From: Octopus vulgaris
Lineage: Eukaryota
DNA length: 64,000 nucleotides
Reading direction: 5' to 3'
NCBI GenBank assembly: GCA_951406725.2
Contig: OX597818.1
Location: 14,570,001 to 14,634,000 of the forward strand
The position numbers were made by a program, and so were the translations under genes. Below the pieces are notes generated by a model. It was not told where the DNA came from, searched no databases, and saw only the letters and a list, made by a program, of their open reading frames with translations. Shown here piece by piece: positions 14,744 through 28,719 of the stretch. The number at the start of each line of letters is the position of its first letter. Position 1 is the first letter of the stretch.

Positions 14744-14878
14744 ACTACACTACCTTGGATATCTTTGTTGCTTAATTTGATTATAATCACCCCATTTGAT
14801 TTATATGGATAATACCATACAGAATTCTAATGCCTTTAAGTTAAGTACCATATTCATCTGAATCTAAATTTTGCTGAA

Positions 14879-14930
<52 letters not shown>

Positions 14931-15606
14931 TTTATGTGCATATATGCGTATCTATGTAGATATATTTGTGAGTGGCGAAGTTTATATGTGTATGTGCAAA
15001 AGCACATCTGGGTGCATCTGAACGTGAATGTGTTTATAAGTTTCAATTATGAAATTAGGTTTCGCTGGAATAGTGTATGGATTTTAGGAATAAGTACTTA
15101 CATCAGATTTTTGCGTTACCCGAAGAAACGTAGAGCAAGTGGATTTTGTATAAAAATGTGTGTGCCATTTTTTCTGCCGTGTCTATGTATGTATCATGTT
15201 TGTATTTTGTGTGCATTTGTGCCTTTGTGTGTGTGTGTGTGCGCTTGCGTGTAGTATGTATTTCCGTGCGTATTTTGCATGTGTGCGGTGCGTGGACGTG
15301 CGCACTTTGCATCAGATTACGCGAGGTAGATTTGACGTATCATTAATATTCAGATTCATAGATTTCTAAGGTAAGGAAAAATTTTTTTTATCTATCCGTT
15401 TATTTATTTTTGTATTTCCTTATGTATTTTTTCCTACATAACACGCTTTATGTATGTATTTATAAGTATATAGGTGCATGTACTAAACACACACACACAC
15501 ACACACACATACACATATATATACATACATACACATACATATATAGATAGATAGATAAATAGAAAGATATATATATATATATATATCCTATATTTATATA
15601 TGAATA

Positions 15607-15651
<45 letters not shown>

Positions 15652-15779
15652 ATAAATATTAGGGAATAAATCCAAATTTACAGGGACAAATCAGAATTAG
15701 GATTGAATCCAATTTTATAGTAAAATATTATATAATATTAATTAGAGACAAAACCACTATTATGCAAATCAAACATATA

Positions 15780-16197
15780 TATAAACAGGGGCAAACAATT
15801 CACGAGAAAAAATATAATTCTCGAAAATTATTTTGCTAAGATATTAATTCTGTTATCATCTGGAATGGGTATTTTAAAAAATAATTAATGATATCTACAG
15901 AAATCAACCCGAAGCTGATTAATAAAATACACTTATCATCAGTGTATTTTTGACCATTCAAATAAGAGCTTTGACTGTTATTTCCAGCAGGCAGACACAC
16001 TTAGTATGTCCTTTGATTAATTTTACTTTTAATTCTTCAGTTATTTAATGTCATCTTGGGCCTGCGATCGCCTATATTAATAATTCTGTTATTATATTTT
16101 TAAAATAGACATTACTGATGATAACATTTAATAATATCCTGGCAAATTAATTTTCGAGAATTATATTTTTTCTCGGGAAGTATTTGCCTCTGTATAT
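15780..16197. repeat. ~110 bp inverted repeat pair (MITE-like or fold-back)
   Basis: acaggggcaaacaattcacgagaaaaaatataattctcgaaaatta versus taattttcgagaattatattttttctcgggaagtatttgcctctgt. Confidence 0.7.
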
Positions 16198-16300
16198 AAA
16201 GTGTATTTTCACTGATGACTGTAATCTGAATTCAGCTCAAAGCGATTCAGTTGCAACGCTGATTTCGATATTAGTAGTTGAGGGGATATCATCGTGGTAA

Positions 16301-16389
16301 CACGTACTGAAGACGTTAAGGTAATTTATTCAAATTAATTTTTAAAAATTGATTTATTTATTTTGCCAGTACAGAAACCGGTCTACGTG
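16301..16389 (+). ncRNA. Type I hammerhead ribozyme motif (intact core)
   Basis: cacgta-CTGAAGA-[60 nt stem II]-GAAAC-CG-GTC-tacgtg. Perfect 6-bp stem I, palindromic minimal stem III. Confidence 0.85.
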
Positions 16390-16588
16390 AGTCCTTATAC
16401 TTAAATGTACGTTGATAGATTTTATTAACCTGATCTGCTTTCTGTTGACTTCTGTATTTATCATCAGTCTAATTTTGGCGATTTAACTAAGAGCTTTGAC
16501 TGTCATTTCCAGCACACAGACATACTTAGTATGTCCTTTGATTAATTTTAATATTATTCCTTCAGATATATCAATATATATATATATA

Positions 16589-18219
16589 CAGTTGCGGCCA
16601 AAATGTTCAGAACGGCATTGTTTTCGTCAGAAAAGTAGATATAAGTTTTTATCAAAGTTGTTTTATATTCTATAATTTTCACAGACAGTAAATACAATAG
16701 TAATTGTTATTGTCTGAGATTTTGGTGTAATTTGAGAGGATAATACAAAAGTTGTGGATGATTTAGTGATTTACTGCAAAGCCCATGGCGGCCAAAATGA
16801 TCAGAATCGTTGAAAAAATAACAAAATAATCAAAAATGACAGAGAATACTGGAATTATTTAATATTTAGTGTGAAGCCCTTTAGCTTCAATCACACTTTG
16901 ACATCTTCGACTGCATGGGGAAATTAAATTTTCAATTTCTTGCTAGGTGATCTTATTCCATTCTTCCTGAAGGGCATTCCATAATTGCTCAGTTGTTTTA
17001 GGATTTTTGGCTTTCGAACGTTCTCCTAGAATATTCCACACATTTTCAATAGGATTGAGATCTGGGCTTTGAGCAGACCAATCCATAATAATAACCTTTT
17101 CAGCCTTGAGGAAGTTCATGACCACCTTAGCCTTGTAACATGGGGCATTGTCCTGCATGAATAATAACCTTTTGGTGGTCGCTTAGTTGAATTTCTCAGC
17201 ACAGGCAAGACATGATCTTTTACAAGTTGTTTATAAACTCCTGCATTTACCTTTCCATGTAATCGCACCAAAGGGCCCACACCATCTCCAGATATCATCC
17301 CCCAAACCATAACACTTCCTCTACCGAATTTAACATTAGTCTTAAGGCATTTAGGCGACAATTTTTCACCTACTTTTCAACGAACGTACCTTTTCCCATC
17401 TGAGCCAAATAACATAAACTTAGATTCATCACTGAAATGCACCGTTTGCCATTTTTCTTGAGACCACAACACATGTTTGGTTGCAAAGGTAAGACGACAC
17501 TTTTTTATTTTTGGAGCTGATCAGTGGCTTCACTGCTGGTGATCTTGCTTGTAGGTTATGTTCAACTAAACGATGAGACAAGTTTTTCGAGATAACGTTT
17601 TCTTTAGTACAATGTTCATTTCCCGAGAAACAGCAGCAGCAGTTTTAAATTTGTCCTTTTTAACCAATTTTACCATAGCATGATCTTCTCTCTTGGTCGT
17701 TTTTCTTGGCCTATCTGTAGCCTTTCTTGCTTCACACGAACCACAATCATCGAAGGCCTTAAGAATACCGTGAACAACACTTTTTGACTTGTTAACAATC
17801 TTTGCAATAGACCCAATACTTAAAATATGCTTCTTTCGGAGCTTAATAATCTGCTGACGAATTGATAACGGAGTAAGTGGCATTATATTATACACTGCAG
17901 ATATTCTTACTAATGTTTAGAAAACGAACCGTCACGTAAACAAATTCAAAACATTAGAGTTCGCCGGTTAAATATATTAAAACATGGAGTAAAAGCAACC
18001 GTTCTGATCATTTTGACCGCCATGCGTTTTACAGTAAATCACTAAATCATCCATAACTTTTGTATTATCCTCTCAAATTACACCAAAATCTCAGACAATA
18101 ACAATTAATATTGTATTTATTGTCTGTTAAAATTATAGAATATAAAACAACCTGGATAAAAGCATATACCTACTTTTCTGGCGAAAACAATGCCGTTCTG
18201 AACATTTTGGCCGCAACTG
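16589..18219 (-). mobile_element. Tc1 transposon (DD34E, IR/DR-type TIRs), full length, frameshifted
   Basis: TA-flanked cagttgcggcc...ggccgcaactg. ~225 bp TIRs with inner and outer direct repeats. FSDESKF, VMVWG, QDNAPC...SPDLNPIE with 34 residues between D and E. Confidence 0.95.
16860..17883 (-). pseudogene. Tc1 transposase pseudogene
   Basis: Split over ORFs 17566-17895, 17116-17361 and 16943-17158 by frameshifts and stops. Confidence 0.92.
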
Positions 18220-18224
18220 TATAT

Positions 18225-18392
18225 AAGCGCAGGAGTAGCTATGTGGTAAGAAGCTTGCTTCCCAAACACATGGTTCCGGATTCAGTCCCACTGCTTGGCA
18301 CCTTGGGCAAGTGTCTTCTACTAATGCCTCGGACCGACCAAAGCAGTGTGAGTTGATTTGGCAGACGGAAACTGAAAGAAACCCGTCGTATA
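18225..18392 (+). mobile_element. tRNA-derived CORE-like SINE (family B), 3' truncated
   Basis: A/B-box-like head plus ggcaccttgggcaagtgtcttc core. Same family as 48003-48408. Confidence 0.8.
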
Positions 18393-19723
18393 GATATGTA
18401 TACATATGTGTGTGTGTGTGTGTGTGTTTGTCTGTATGTATATACGTATTTCTATGTGTATACATATGTAATATGCATGGTTGTTTGAATGTATATATTC
18501 TTGTGTCAATGTGTGCATATATGTGCTTTTGTGCGTGTATTTTCGAGTAGATGTATGTATGTAGTCCTTTACAGATCAGTACTAGACTTCTTAATGCAAT
18601 TAACTTAGTATCAGAGGAATCAGTACGGTTCTGAACCTCAACCGTGGAAAATGCAACAAAAGCAGGCAATATGAATGTTCTTCACTTCACACCACAGTTT
18701 AAACTATGCTTGCTATACTAACAAAAAAGTTGCAAGGTTGGTTTGCCGTGCAAGAATATGAGGATGTTCCAAAAAGTTCCTGGTTTCAAGGGTGTCGGGA
18801 AAGGCCTGGTTGGAGACCCAACCTTCCGAGTTCTTTTGCAGGGCTTTTATTGAAATTTAAGATTTATGTCATGTTTCAGGAACATACTTAAAATTCTATC
18901 AATTTATGTGATATGAGATTTTAAAAAATTAAAATCATAATTTAAGATCAGAATATTTTATCATTAATTTTTCATATTCACAGATTAAGATTATAACGAT
19001 GTGTGCTTATACTATGCATGCTTATACTCACCAGCAGAACCCAAAAGGTTCCATTTAACAGCTGCATAATTTATAAGCTTCTTTTATAATAAATACCGTT
19101 GTGTAAATATATATTACGTGTCAGGCAAAAAGAAACAGCTCCAAGCCTGAGGTTAGTTTTGTACAGAATACCTAATATTACGGAGCATCAGAATGAAAAA
19201 ACTGGCGAAATTTTCGTCAATCTGGTTTTGTGCGAAACATAAATGTACTGTATCATTTCTTAAAGTTTATCACAACCTGTAAATATCTCAATTTAATGAA
19301 GAATATAGCTTTCCATATTTTAATTAAATTTTATTTTCATTTTTAAACATTCAAGATAAGCATATCGGCTATCATTAGTGAGGACAAGGGTGGCATTCTT
19401 GTAAGGTTTACAAAGCGCTGGTGTAGTGCATTGGAGACACTTCAACATTTTCTTCAAACGTTCCCTATCCATTCGGGATTTTGTCTCAGCAATTCAACGA
19501 ACCTGGTGAAATAAATAAATAGTAGTAAATAGTTCATCATCATTTCGCGAGCCTTTACGTGGTCGTTCGATCTTCCGGAAATTGTAGACAAATTTCCGTC
19601 AAATAGTACCCAACAATTTTAGAAAAGGATAGGTTGGATATTAGAGTTCTGAGTTTACTGTATACAGCATGATGACGGTTGGAAAGAATCTGATCATAAG
19701 ACTCTCGTTGATGGATGAGAGAA

Positions 19724-20009
19724 AGGGCTTCACACTAAATATTAAATAATTCCAGTATTCTCTGTCATTTTTGATTATTTTATTTTTTCAAGCGTTCTGA
19801 TCATTTTGGCCGCCATGGGTTTTGCAGTAAATCACTAAATCATCCACTTTTGTATTATCCTCTCACATTACACCAAAATCTCAGGCAATAACAAATAATA
19901 TTGTATTTATTGTCTGTGAAAATTATAGAATATAAAACAACTTTGATAAGAAATTATATCTACTTTTCCGACGAAAACAATGCCGTTCTGAACATTTTGG
20001 CCGCCACTG
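19724..20009 (+). mobile_element. Orphan 3' end/TIR of the same Tc1 family
   Basis: Reverse complement of 16589-16880, ending ggccgccactg|ta. Confidence 0.9.
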
Positions 20010-20187
20010 TATATATATATTGAGAGAGTGAGAGGGGGGAAATAGAAATAGAGAAAAGGAGACAGAATGGTAGAGAGAGAAAGAGAGAGACAGCTATATG
20101 TATGTATATACGCATGATATGAGTGTGTGCCTGTGTGTATATATATATATACACACTCATATATACTCATATATATATATATATATA

Positions 20188-20478
20188 TCACGTAATCACG
20201 TGACCGACCAGTCCATCAGATGTAGTTACACATCGCTGGTCACAATGCGTTCGCATTGTTTTAGCCTTCGGATGACGCCACCCCGCTGGCTAAACGAGCA
20301 GAGCAACAGAAGAAAGAGTGGTGAAAGAATACAGCAGGGATCACCACCCCCTGCCGGAGCCTCGTGGAGCTTTTAGGTGTTTTCGCTCAATAAACACTCA
20401 CAACGCCCGGTCTGGGAATCGAAACCGCGATCCTACGACCGCGAGTCCGCTACCCTAACCACTGGGTCATTGCGCCTC
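20188..20478 (-). mobile_element. tRNA-derived SINE with RTE-type tail (family C)
   Basis: Head gaggcgcaatgacccagtggttagg...ggtttcgattccc. Tail gtgaccagcg..ggactggtcggtca is shared with the RTE at 52482. Confidence 0.85.
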
Positions 20479-20493
20479 TATATATATATATAC

Positions 20494-20592
<99 letters not shown>

Positions 20593-21196
20593 TGTATATT
20601 CAGCAATATACACAAACATACATAGCATTGAAATAGCCTTCAAATATGAAAGGTCATCACCAATTCAGTACTAGATATTCTTGAAAATGTAAGATGGTCA
20701 TAAATCGATTGCTTTCGATCATAGGTCTGTAACAACAGGCTGGACTTGGAGTTAATCCGAAGGCTTTAGGAAATTTATTACATTTCTCACAATTAATTTT
20801 TGATTTTTTTTTTTTTTCATGATTCTTCCCATCAAACAATAGCAATATTTCTCTCAGTGTGATTCCATTTTTAATTATGTACAACAATAGATGTAACTAT
20901 AAGAAAATCCATTACTTCTATGTGAAATATCCCTGATTGACTTCGAAAAAGTCATGTTAATTGGAGCCATACAGCGTCCATGACGTTTTATTATGGATGA
21001 GCATGCCCTATAACTAGCAGACAAACAATAGGAAAACTATTTCCGTAAATATATTTTCTTCTCCACCGACCATAACAAGATAGCAAGTCAAGAAAATGAG
21101 AAAATGTACAATGTTTTATCGGTCAATAACCTTAAAGTTCTATGTTTGTGCGAGGCGGGGGGAGAGAAATGCATGCATTCATACATACATACATAC

Positions 21197-21284
<88 letters not shown>

Positions 21285-21612
21285 TATTTACACAAAATAT
21301 GAATGTGTCTATGTATGTATGTACAGTGATGAATGCACACGTGTATATATCTATATATATACAAGTGTGCATTCCTCACTGTATGAACACATATACACAC
21401 ACACGCACACACAGACAGCTACCTATGCATTATTGTTGTCTTCAGCTTTCATTATTATCTAACGTACCATATCTATCAGGAGAGGTTGCTGTCGTCACTT
21501 TGCAAGGCATTAATTTTGCTCTAATAATCAGCAAAGAGTCTCAATGCAGTTGCACAGCTGTTTTCATTTGAGTGGATTTGAACAATGCGGTGTGAAACGC
21601 CTATTTCCGTTT

Positions 21613-21653
<41 letters not shown>

Positions 21654-21714
21654 TGTGTGTGTGAGTGTGTGTGTGTGTGTGTGTGTTTCTGTGTCTGTGT
21701 GAGTTTTTTGTGTG

Positions 21715-22090
21715 CCTGTGCACAAAATACTCAGTGGTATTTCGTTTGCCTTTACGTCCTGAGTTCAAATTCCGCCGAGGTCGACTTTGCCTTTCATCCG
21801 TTCGGGGTCGATTAAATAAGTACCAGTTACGCACTGGGGTCGATATAATCGACGTAATCCGTGTGTATGTCCTTGTTTGTCCTCTCTGTGTTCAGCCCCT
21901 TGTGGGTAGTAAAGAAATAGAAATAGGTATTTCGTTTGCCGTTACGTTCTGAGTTCTGCCGGGTTGACTTTGCCTTTCATTCTTTCAGGGCGATTAAATA
22001 AGAACCAGTTATGCACTGGGGTCGAGGTAATCGACTTAAACCCTTTGTTTATCCCATCTATGTTGAGCCCCTTGTGATCAATAAAGAAAA
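21715..22090 (+). mobile_element. Two tandem family A SINE copies
   Basis: gagttcaaattccgccgaggtcgactttgcctttcatcc...gccccttgtg..aaagaaa occurs twice. Confidence 0.85.
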
Positions 22091-22348
22091 ATATATTTAA
22101 AAAATTACACGCACACAGACAGACAAACCTACACACACGCAAACATATGTATATATATGTATGTGTATATGTATGTATGTGTATACGTATTTTGGACACC
22201 CTGTATATATATGCACAAGCATACACACACACGCACACACACACGCACACACACACACACACATATATATGTATGTGTGTGTGTCTCTGTGTGCGTGTGT
22301 ATGTTTGTGTTTTTATGTGTGTGTGTATGTATGCATATCTGTTTATAT

Positions 22349-22942
22349 ACTGGGCGTCCAAAACTGCGTATACATATATTGAATAATTATATAATCAGTG
22401 TTTATTAAAATATATTTCATTTTTTAAATTTAATAGAAATTGCTGCCAGGATTAAATGTTTTTGCGAATACCTGTTTTTAAACTCAAGACCATTTTCGTC
22501 AAGTCGCTGATAGTAACGCAAAGCTATGGAATCGCAATCATAAAGAAGCAATTTGTTGGGTAGTTGTAAATTTTCTCTTTTAATAGCTACCTGCAATTCA
22601 TCGATTGCTGCTGGTTTTGTACTGTAAAATGTGTAATCTATGTATTACTATAAAAATAAGGCTAGTGGTATGAGGGTAATCTACTGAGCCTCTTCGTCGA
22701 TACAGCTGTTTGGTAAAGTCTAATCAAGCATATGGTAGTGTGAAGGTGCCTCACCTTATTGGAAATAAAACTCCACATCTTCAACATCATCTCAAATGCT
22801 TGGACTAACATGTTGTCGCATCAGGCTCAAGTAAACGGGAACAGTCGCAGTATCATCAGAATTAGAATGGTTGAATTAATCCTTTTGAAGATAATCCGCA
22901 CAATACTGTAATCCTGGTAAAGCAGCATGATGTTCCACCATA
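22349..22942 (-). mobile_element. Tc1/mariner-type transposase 3' remnant
   Basis: VLCGLSSKGLIQPF...FYFQ*GEAPSHYH and TIR-like ctgggcgtccaaaa. Confidence 0.6.
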
Positions 22943-22987
22943 GTCTAGACAAACATGCACACAGACACACACACATGCGTATATATC

Positions 22988-23038
<51 letters not shown>

Positions 23039-23173
23039 AATAATAATAAGTATTATTACGAAATACATTACCTTTAACATATATATAGGTATATATATAT
23101 TCATATATGTGCGTATATATATATAGAGAGAGAGATAGATACACATATAGAGACTTAGTAATTTTACTATTTC

Positions 23174-23208
<35 letters not shown>

Positions 23209-23309
23209 ATCCAAACAAGAAAACACAAAAAACAAAGAAACACAACAACGCGAGGACGTAGAACAAATAAAGTATTATTGGACGCTCAGGAAAGAAGGGA
23301 AGAAGGAGG

Positions 23310-23344
23310 GTTTAACGTTTCGAGCGGAGCTCTTCGTCGGAAAC
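23310..23344 (-). ncRNA. Minimal hammerhead variant in a Penelope pLTR-like repeat (23203-23403)
   Basis: gttt-CCGACGA-agagc tcc gctc-GAAAC-GTT-aaac. U4C core variant, palindromic AACGTT stem III. Confidence 0.6.
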
Positions 23345-23488
23345 ATAGGAGAAGGAAAGATCCCGAGAAGGGAAGACAGAGGAAAAAAATCGCCAGCGGT
23401 ACTCAAATAAAGAAGCGCTGTGCTAGACACAAAAAGGGATAAATTCATGAAAGGAATGAAAATCAAAAACGTTTACTATCTCAGTTAA

Positions 23489-23579
23489 TCCTATACCGAC
23501 GGTTTCATCTGTATTAGCAAAAAAATCTGATTTAGCAAAGAAACAGAATTTATCTGTAAGGCCAGAATCATCAGTAGGA
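23489..23579 (-). ncRNA. Type I hammerhead ribozyme motif (intact core, GUA site)
   Basis: tccta-CTGATGA-ttctg...cagat-GAAACC-GTC-GGTA-tagga. Confidence 0.82.
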
Positions 23580-23727
23580 AGCCTTTGTAATCCTAGATGT
23601 ACAGACCGTTAGAAGCACATGTAAATCGATCTGTATGCCCTAACTTTTCAGACCAGTGCGCAGGGTATACAGATCGTTAGATTTGCATGTGCTTCTAACG
23701 GTCTGTACATCTAGGATTACAAAGGCT

Positions 23728-23819
23728 TCCTACTGATTATTCTGGCCTAAGCAGATAAATTCTGTTTCTTTGCTAAATCAGATTTTTTTGCTAAAACAGA
23801 TGAAACTGTCAGTATAGGA
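23728..23819 (+). ncRNA. Hammerhead copy with mutated core (CTGATTA)
   Basis: tccta-CTGATTA-...-GAAACTGTCAGTA-tagga. Confidence 0.65.
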
Positions 23820-24021
23820 TTAACTGAGATAGTAAACGTTTTTGATTTTCATTCCTTTCCTGAATTTATCCCTTTTTGTGTGTCTAGCACAGCGCTTCTT
23901 TATTTGGATGCCTTTTAATGTATTTCTATATGAATAATATATAGTCTAATGACTAATTCGTCTTTTATGCTGGGTCACTGGTAATAATAATTTATTTTTT
24001 ATTACCCTATTTACTATGTTC

Positions 24022-24082
<61 letters not shown>

Positions 24083-24219
24083 TATATATATATGTCTATA
24101 TATATACACATGTATATATACACATGTATATATACGTATGTATACGTGTGTGTGTGTGTATGCATGTAATTGTTTAAATAAATGTGGTATTAGTTTAACA
24201 CTTAAAGAAAATGAAAATG

Positions 24220-24255
24220 TCTTTACGCTTCGAATGCTAGTCCTTCATCAGAAGA
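24220..24255 (-). ncRNA. Degenerate minimal hammerhead
   Basis: tctt-CTGATGA-aggactagcattc-GAAGC-GTA-aaga (GAAA changed to GAAG). Confidence 0.55.
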
Positions 24256-25329
24256 AACACTGTGAAGAAAAGTAATGGGAAAAAGTAAACGAGAAGTCAT
24301 TAGGGAAAGAAGAAACGGGAGTTAGGGGTTAGGTTAGAAAGCAGTTCTATGGGGATGTTACGATTGAAATACAGGGAGAGGTGCACATATAGGAATGGAT
24401 CCGTGTATTGAGATGGACGGAGGGAAAGTGTTGTGGTTCTGAATGTGCTGTGTATGTACAGATGCGTGCAGATGTAGGTGTGTAGTGGCGTAGAACGGCG
24501 AAGGTGTGAGCAGTTGGTATGTTGGTGTAATCGTATTAAGTGAGGAAATAGTGAGACAGTGTGAAGATGGCAGATGAAAAGGAAGGTAAGAGGAATGTGG
24601 AGAATGTGGTAGATGTGTGTGAGATTTTTTTTATAGAAAAGAAAGAGACGAAAAGAGAAAAAAATGGAGAAAGAGAAAATGATAATTATTGAAAAAAGAT
24701 ATTTTTGCGTTTTAGTGAGATATAAGAAAAAAAAACATTAGTAGTACAAGGAGGGGATCAGCAAGAAGGTGGAAGAGGTGTGTATATGGGTCGGTTTATG
24801 GAAGTGTAAAGCTTAAAAGCAGAAAAGAAAAACAAAGTGCATGAAAAATGATGATGATGACGACGACTTGGAAAATCGGGAATAAGAGTAGGACAAGATG
24901 GAGAATAAGTAGGACAAAAATGGGGAATAAGTGCAGTGACAAGAGAGTAAACCAACAGAAAAAAGAAATTAAAAGATAAAATAAGAGAAAATCGAAAGAA
25001 CCATCTCTACATATATAAAATTGACTGTTTGTACGGTTGTTTGTTTGTCCGTTTGTCTTCTATGTATTTGAAAACAAGTAGACCAATTATGCTCAAGCTT
25101 GGTATGGCAGTTCCTTAGACAAAGAAATAGTTTTTGCACAAATTTGAACCATGATGTCGGGTGTCTGATTTTAGCTCACATGAACAAAATTCAAAAAATT
25201 ACCGAAAAACCTGAATTCCTTCGTAAATTTAATGATTATATGCAAAAGGGTTTATGGTAAATTTCCTTAAACTTAGAGATATGGGACAAATGTGACCGAA
25301 TGATTTGTTGCTCTCTTTAACTATTACAC

Positions 25330-25439
<110 letters not shown>

Positions 25440-25550
25440 AATCTGAACACTACTATAGAAATATTCTTTTAAAAAACCTTTCTTCTAATTTTTCTAAATT
25501 TAATAATATAATATAGTATAATATAATATAATATACAGTGGTTCACCCTT

Positions 25551-25598
<48 letters not shown>

Positions 25599-26294
25599 CA
25601 TAATATAATATAGTATAATATAATATAATATACAGTGACTTACGAGTGTCCCAACTAAAGAGTTTTCGAGACAGCAAAAATTCGGTTTACGAGTCAGCTT
25701 CAGATGTCCCAACGCTAGTTGGCGTAACGAACGTCACAGTGAACGCCGTAACATCCGCCCATCATTCCGTGTGTCACTCAATAGCTAGACAGATATGTAC
25801 GTTAGTATGTTAGTAAGTGAAGTTAATTTCAACTACAAACATACATAACCCAGCAAATTAGTAGATTCGTTAAAGTGTCAGGTAGAATGAGATGCGTTAT
25901 TTATTCCATTCCCTGCCCTTGATATTCATATCCCACTTCCCTCAAGTTAGTATCATATATTTTCAATACCGATAAATAATGTAGCATTCCGAAGTAGTAG
26001 ACTGGCAGAATAGTTAAAGCATTGGATGAGATGCTTTTTAGAATATGTTCCCACTGCTTGCTGTCTGAGTTCAAGTTCAGTCTTGTATATCTGGGTTGAA
26101 AACAGGTCCTTTCAGACTCCAAAAGCAGTGGTTGGGCGTTAATGTTATTCGCATCAATTTGTGTAGCACCTCAGTTATAAGAATCAATCGATCGAAATGC
26201 ATACAATTCAGTAAAGACTAAGACAGCTATATACATATATGTCTATGTGTGTATGCACGCATGTGCATGTGTGTCTCCGTGTACATACGCATAC

Positions 26295-26326
<32 letters not shown>

Positions 26327-26542
26327 ACATACATACATACATACATACATACATACATACATACATACATACACATACACGCATATGACGTTTACAGTTG
26401 TGTTACACATTGCCCTTTTGCACTGCGATGTGTGGAAATCGTCTCACTGCTGCCTAAAGGCATTCAGCTACGAAAAGCTATATTTTCTTAAATAATGCAT
26501 GGTCTTTGAACACCACTTTACCAGGTTACCTGGATAAGTTCG

Positions 26543-28570
<2,028 letters not shown>

Positions 28571-28719
28571 CATTGTTGTGAATAGTTTAAAATATTTTAT
28601 TATTAAAATAACGACAGTATCCATCCTGTTTGCCTTCACTTGAGTGATAATAGCGTAGAGTTTCTGATCTTAACCAAAAGAACATAGACATAACTTAGAT
28701 AACTTAGATATGTTTCGAC

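Larger units (their letters stand above)
23404..24015. mobile_element. ORF-less fold-back element (arms ~235 bp, 23404-23906) with a hammerhead in each arm
   Basis: Arms are near-perfect reverse complements around a ~20 nt loop. Homologous to 59985-60557. Confidence 0.85.

Noticed and set aside
16205-16268. TGATGA...CTGA with internal hairpin (box C/D-like)
   Set aside because: No convincing terminal stem or guide, and it lies inside a repeat element
18225-18300. tRNA-like sequences at SINE heads (also 20410-20478, 48003-48075)
   Set aside because: Continue into SINE bodies; no complete cloverleaf
18560-18742. Acceptor/donor-like signals around 18574-18736
   Set aside because: Stops in all three plus-strand frames
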